NCBI GenBank assembly: GCA_964035545.1
Contig: OZ037765.1
Location: forward strand, 18,848,995 to 18,912,994
Reading direction: 5' to 3'
Source of the DNA: Bugula neritina
Taxonomy: Eukaryota; Animalia; Bryozoa
DNA length: 64,000 bases
Position numbers and translations under genes: made by a program
In this document: positions 58,205 to 64,000 of the stretch, in pieces
Layout: each line of letters starts with the position of its first letter
How positions within the stretch are numbered: position 1 is the first letter of the stretch
Notes under the pieces: model-generated
Seen by the model: the letters and a program-made list of their open reading frames with translations, nothing else
What the model was told of the DNA's origin: nothing
The model's database searches: none

Positions 58205-60931
58205 TCATGACATCTTCTGTAGTAACATTGTCCTAATCTCATCATTCTGTGTGCCTTCTGAGCATGCTTGGCCAGTTGATTCCTTCTGCAGTTGGAAAAA
58301 AGTGTTTGAGTGATAAACTGTAATAATACTGCAATTGTAATGCAATAATCATGTAATCCTAAACTTGGCTGCTTGTAGCAAAAGTATGGAGCTTTTTACG
58401 CTCATGCAATTTTCTCTGTGATAGGAAAACACAAAAGCAACTATATTGATACAGTTTTGAAAATTACTGGTTGTAATATATATCCTATAAACACTTTGCT
58501 ACACCTACCCCTCTCTATCTATATAACATCACTTCTGTCTTTTGCTACATAAACCACTCCCTAATTTACTACATCACTGAATATTTTCAGTGCATGATTC
58601 ACTAGTATGAATGCTCCTTTTATCTAGTTCATATCATGTTATACTAATAACAAATAGGGAAGAGTTTTACACTCACAGCTACTCCTACTCGAAATGCTAA
58701 GCTGATAGGCTGATTTCTATGCTGGAGAATTTCCCCTCTGCTGTCGGCTTTCTCAGTGAGTGATGATACCTTCGCTGATAGTGTTGGATGCGGCTGATTG
58801 GCTGAGGCTGCTCTTTCAATGCATTCAATCTTAGAGAGCAATGGGCAGCACTTTATGAGCAGCTCTGCCAGGTCAGACTATTAAAAGCCAAGCAAAGCAA
58901 AAATGATATCTATAGCAAATAGACGAAATAAAAGTGAAATCTGTAACAGCAAATATCTGGAGACGAGTGGTTAACCAAACCTGCATTACCTATAACACAC
59001 TGCATGACCATTATTTTCTTGGCTTTACACTGCATATTTTCAAATACTGGGTACAAAAATGTTTAGTGTCCATCTTTCCAAAATATTTTATAGTAAAAGT
59101 TGTCAACAAATATTTTCCTTTGGCATCTATAAGCTCTGGTGAAAAAAGTTGAAACATATTTCTTTTGAAAAGCACCATGTGATAAGTGTAATTCAACAAT
59201 TCACGTATTTCATTTACCAATTCCAATTTACATTTCCCTTGAGATTGTATTGAAGCTGAGGCCACCACCTCTGCCAATTGACACTGTATTATACCATTAT
59301 ATGACTAATAAAAACTAAAGGCATACTTTAAATATATTTGGTTTCTGCAAACCCTTATTAGTCACTGGGTAATAATGAATGTAGGCTGAGAGTGTTACAT
59401 AAATATAACTATAATAACAAGCGGAATGATTAAAGATTTTTAACTTAGCATTAAAAGTAATGAGTGATATCAGCATACTAGTAAGTAACTAATTATTCTC
59501 TTTGTCTGTGGCCATATAATCAATATAAAAAATGATTTGCTGACAAATTAAATATGAATAGACCTTCATGTGTCTATTTTGAATACACTTACAAATTCGA
59601 ATCGGAGTAATATGTTATATAACAGAAAATAATATAATATAATGGTAGAAGAAATAGTAGTTTAGTTTATTGTTATAGACTGCATGTGCATGTGAAAACG
59701 TGTGGTTAGATAAAATCACATTTTTAATGAACAGTAATTAATATCTTGTATGGCTAATAAGTAATGAATGGTGTACCACTGTAAGGCCAATCACAGCAAA
59801 GAAACAAATTGCAAAGACAAAATCTTCAATCGTACCAAAAAAGTGAAGTGTTGATAGAATTTTACTCACTCTGAAGTTATGATTAAGAAATCCATAGATA
59901 ATAGGGTTCTGGAAACTGTTGGACATTGCCAACCAGTGGACTGCCATGTATAAAATGGTAAATTTGTTTAAATCGGGTACTTTTGCATCTTCCTTACGAA
60001 AGTCAAATATGAAAAAGAATAGATGCAGTGGCATCCAGGAGATAGCAAAAAGTATGGTCATAGTTATCAGCATTTTCACGACCTAAAACAACCACGCAAA
60101 ACATATCCTATAGACAAATTGATAAATTTAAAATAAAAGTAAAAATGATAATTTATTATTATGAGCAAAGATAATATCTTAACTGATAAAAATGATTACC
60201 ATTTTCTTTGTTTTCAGTAACCGAGAGTCTCTCACTTGGTCACTTGCACCAGGCATTGTTCTTTTCCACAACTGAGTGCATATCAACCCATACATGATGG
60301 CAATAAATATAACTGGTATAATGTAGTTTATTACAAGAATAATAATAGTGTAAATTCGACGTAATTTTGATGGCTTGCTTCCATCAGTATCACCCCACAC
60401 TTCTGTACAGACCACTTTGCAGTTTGGCCCGACTATAACTCTAGCTACAATAAGTTGGACTGAGCAAAAGGCGATAGAAACAAGCCATATGACTAGTATA
60501 GTCCAGCGTACATATTTTCTGTTGCGTGACAATAACTTCATGGGATAAGTGATTGCTACAAATCTTTCAATACTAATAGCTGTGTTAGTGTAGACACTCA
60601 CTGTAACGGATAAGATTTGCGTGAAAAGAAGTATGGGGCACATAATTTTAGGGAATGCCCACTCTTGGAGAACTACGGTTGGAAATGAAAATGGGAGACA
60701 TATTAAAGTCATGGTCAGATCGGCCACGGCTAAGTTGATAAGAAATATGCTTATATCCGTATTGCTTCTGCGTCCAACGGCAAAAACTATGAGAGAAGAG
60801 ATGTTTCCTGTAACACCTAGTACACAAGCCAGTGCGTAGATAGCTGAAAATATACCTTCGGCAGATGGGTCTAAAATCTGTTCTTCTCTTGCATTGGTGG
60901 TGCAGTTAAAGGCGTTAACTAAACTATCCAT
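58205..60931 (-). CDS. Rhodopsin-class neuropeptide GPCR (RYamide/luqin-tachykinin-GPR83-like group); exons 60931-60200, 60082-59870, 58877-58677, 58285-58205
   Basis: Seven TM helices: GN, NLAVAD, SIERF (DRY variant), W4.50, P5.50, LW..PG in ICL3, SWMP, HWLAMSNS, NPIIY, and helix 8 NFRSDLAELLIKCC. Confidence 0.9.
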
Positions 60932-62078
60932 TGCTATCAGTTTAATTATCTTCTAAAAATACTTTTCTACAAACATAAAAATCTAAAATAGTAAAATTGT
61001 TAAGCAGTAAAGTGATATTAAACAAATTAGTAATCTAAGTGCAATATGAAAGTGAAATTATCTGGTACAAATTAGGATGCATGCTTTTCGATTTTGCATC
61101 TTTGTAATTAGCTACCTTTAACGTGCAATTGTTTTTTTGTGATGTGATGTGACAACTTACCATGAATAACAATATATATCATAAACAATATTTTATTCAT
61201 AAAATATTACATATAATATAATATACATAATATTACATTAGCACAGTACGTTATATACAATGTAATCTTATGCATGATATTTTATACATAATTGATTGCA
61301 CATAACATATTATACAAAATATAGTATATATACATGACAATATATGTTTTAAATAATATATTAAACATGTAGTGTGTTAAATGCATAGTGTATTGAAACC
61401 TGTCAGATATTATAGAGTATACAAACTTCCACAGAGGTTGATATCAATCTTTGCAAACTTTTCTAAGATTAAACTTGCAAATTTGCTAAGATTCTAAAAA
61501 ACGTTGGCTTTGAAAGGTTATAGAAAGCATTGAATGAAGCTAGTAGTTAAATTAAATTAAAAAAACAATGCACAACTGCATAACGTTAGATTAAAAATTA
61601 TAATCACCTATATAATTTTCAGTTATAGAAGAATACAAGCGATCATTTAAATTCAGTTTGTTCATGCAAAGCTAGGACACGCTACCTTTATTATAAATCA
61701 AGTCAGACGACCTTGGTGAAACATGATGCAGTTACAGTTTGACGGATGACAATTTATACTAGAAGTCAATACAACATGACCTAAGGTATGATGTAAAGCT
61801 ATTCCCATGCGGTAGACAATTCTGTATATTATCACAGAGTTATTGATAACCAGGTGTAGTGATAGATTATAATGTGCTAAGAAATAAATGCATATTATAG
61901 TACATTAGATATACTCATTAGACAGTTATTAGAAATAGAATAAAGAATAAAAAAGTAATTACCTAATTATTTCATATTATTGATTCGTGTCTAGAATCAG
62001 GTTAAAATACTTAAGGTTAATAACCTCTGAAGGTAAAAGGAAAATTTGGAGCTTTTAGAGTCATTTGTATTCAAAGAT

Positions 62079-62136
62079 CACACACACACACACACACGCA
62101 CACGTACACACATGCAACACACACACACACATGCAC
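62079..62136. repeat. Imperfect (CA)n microsatellite
   Basis: Direct reading. Confidence 0.9.
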
Positions 62137-64000
62137 AAATAAATTGTGGTTTAGTCAAAGTAATAACATACTATTATCACAGTTACTATCAAATATTATT
62201 TTCATATGACCTGTTAATCTCAAAAAACAAATCGAAAGCCTGAAACAAAATTTTGCATTGGAACAGCCTGGCATAGTCTGACAAAGTCATAAAATAACAA
62301 ATCAATTTTGGAAATAGTAGTTGTGTAGCATATGAAAAATGACCTCTGGGGTCCAATCCAAAATTATATTTCAATTACTAAAATTCCCTAAGCTGGCATT
62401 CATAATTTTACATTGACGTTTTTCCTGCTTTGATGTATGTCAACTAATTGAAGAAATGCACTATAAAATGCCTTTACTCTAAATTAACTCTAAGAAGAGG
62501 AAGTCGTTTTACATTATATCATATTCATGCAGGCAACAGTTACATGAAAACATATTTGAATAAAATAAATGTATGTTATAAATTTTATATTCATTTGTTT
62601 GATAACAATTCTTAGTATTAAACAAAGTGATGGAGTTTAAACAAAAAGAAAACCCTAACTCTTATTTAGCCCAGAAATTTGTGGAGAAAATGCAAAACTC
62701 TTAGTTGTAAAGGTCCAGCTGCAGTGCAGGCATTGAAAAATTTGACTGCCTGTGTAAACTGCAGGAAGTATGAAAAGTAGAAAACCGCAGTACAATACAA
62801 CAGTGGAACACAGGAGAATGATTAGGAAACACGATAGAAGGTTTCTCTAATATTTAGCAGCATATATATTTTGTTCGAGTGAAAGCTGTAAACAAACATT
62901 GTATTTTTTAATCATAATTTGAATATAGTTGTTGACTATCTACTAGAAAATTCATTTTATTGTCCATTACTGGTTGCTAATTTTTTATGCCATTTATTTC
63001 CATTGACAGCTGGAGCTTAATAAAAACACTTGAGACAGCTAAAATAGCGACATAATTATGTATTGCAGGTATGTTTCTGATTAAGTAAAGTTATCTGTTC
63101 CTCACAAAAGATCTGGTATATGTCTTTCCATGAAAACCACTGAAATTAACTTAGAATTCATAACTATGTATACAGATTTAGAAATTAACTTTGACTGCAG
63201 AAAAGTAACTATTTTGCTAAAAGAGTCTGCATTTAAAGTTTTAAATACTATAATTTGAAATTATTGTTTCGACGCCACCAAAACATGTATATTTTCTTTT
63301 TGTTATCTGCATTAAAGTTGCATTTATAATTCAAATTTTGTGTCAAATTTCAAGTTGCTAACATATAGCACGTAACATATTTAACATGATACTATTTGAC
63401 TGAAGCAAGCACTAAAATCTTTTTAAAACAAATTAGCATTCTTAGATATAACTGGAGGATAGTAAGCCTTAATTTAAATAAATGAAATAAAATATAATAA
63501 TTAAAAACTATTAAATAATAGGAAATAAATCACAGAACTTGCATATACTTATAATTACCTCAAAGTAGATTTAGGCTGTTAAAAACTGCAAGCTATGTCT
63601 TTCTATAATTAACGCTTTCTTCTGACTCAAAGGAAAATGATTTTGAGGACTTCAGTTGAAAGTTTTTAGTGTTTACTCAAAGAATGTAAATTGAGTTGAA
63701 CCTCTAGCTGATGCATGGGAGTTGAGGTGTTGTAAGAAAAATAGAACCCTTTAGAAATATTACTTCACAGATGCTTTTAATGAAATACATATAGGAATAG
63801 AAAACAACAGTAACTACTACACAAGTTTTGATTTTGCATGGTAATATTTTATTACTAAATATTAGAAAGAAAACTTATTAATCTTATTTATATTCTTATT
63901 CCGATTCTGAAAAATAAAGATCCTTAAGAGATGAAAGCTTAGCACAGGTACATGTGGACTCTCTACATAACTACAGGTGGTTTTTCCTTCGCACTACTGG

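Overview
AT-rich, intron-containing animal (invertebrate, probably lophotrochozoan; inferred from gene content) genomic DNA. All gene models below were spliced by hand from GT-AG sites. Left to right: (1) the 3' exons of membralin/TMEM259 (+); (2) an 8-exon SAMD1-like chromatin gene (-) combining two winged-helix domains, an AT-hook, a double PHD finger and a SAMD1-type SAM domain, with no MYST domain; (3) a ~2 kb cryptically periodic low-complexity tract; (4) C1QBP/p32 (+); (5) a 2-exon secreted six-cysteine peptide precursor (-) missed by the ORF track, with a furin site and eclosion-hormone-like Cys spacing; (6) three tandem type-B carboxylesterase genes (+). Copy 1 is decaying (frameshift, catalytic His->Asn, oxyanion G->E, LINE and hAT insertions). 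Copy 2 is intact with a GPI-like tail. Copy 3 is diverged but shares homogenised exons with the others. (7) A possible small orphan gene (-); (8) a rhodopsin-class neuropeptide GPCR (-). Introns carry an RTE-like LINE relic, a Charlie-type hAT element with a perfect 8-bp TSD, several MITEs/foldbacks, tRNA-derived SINEs and microsatellites.
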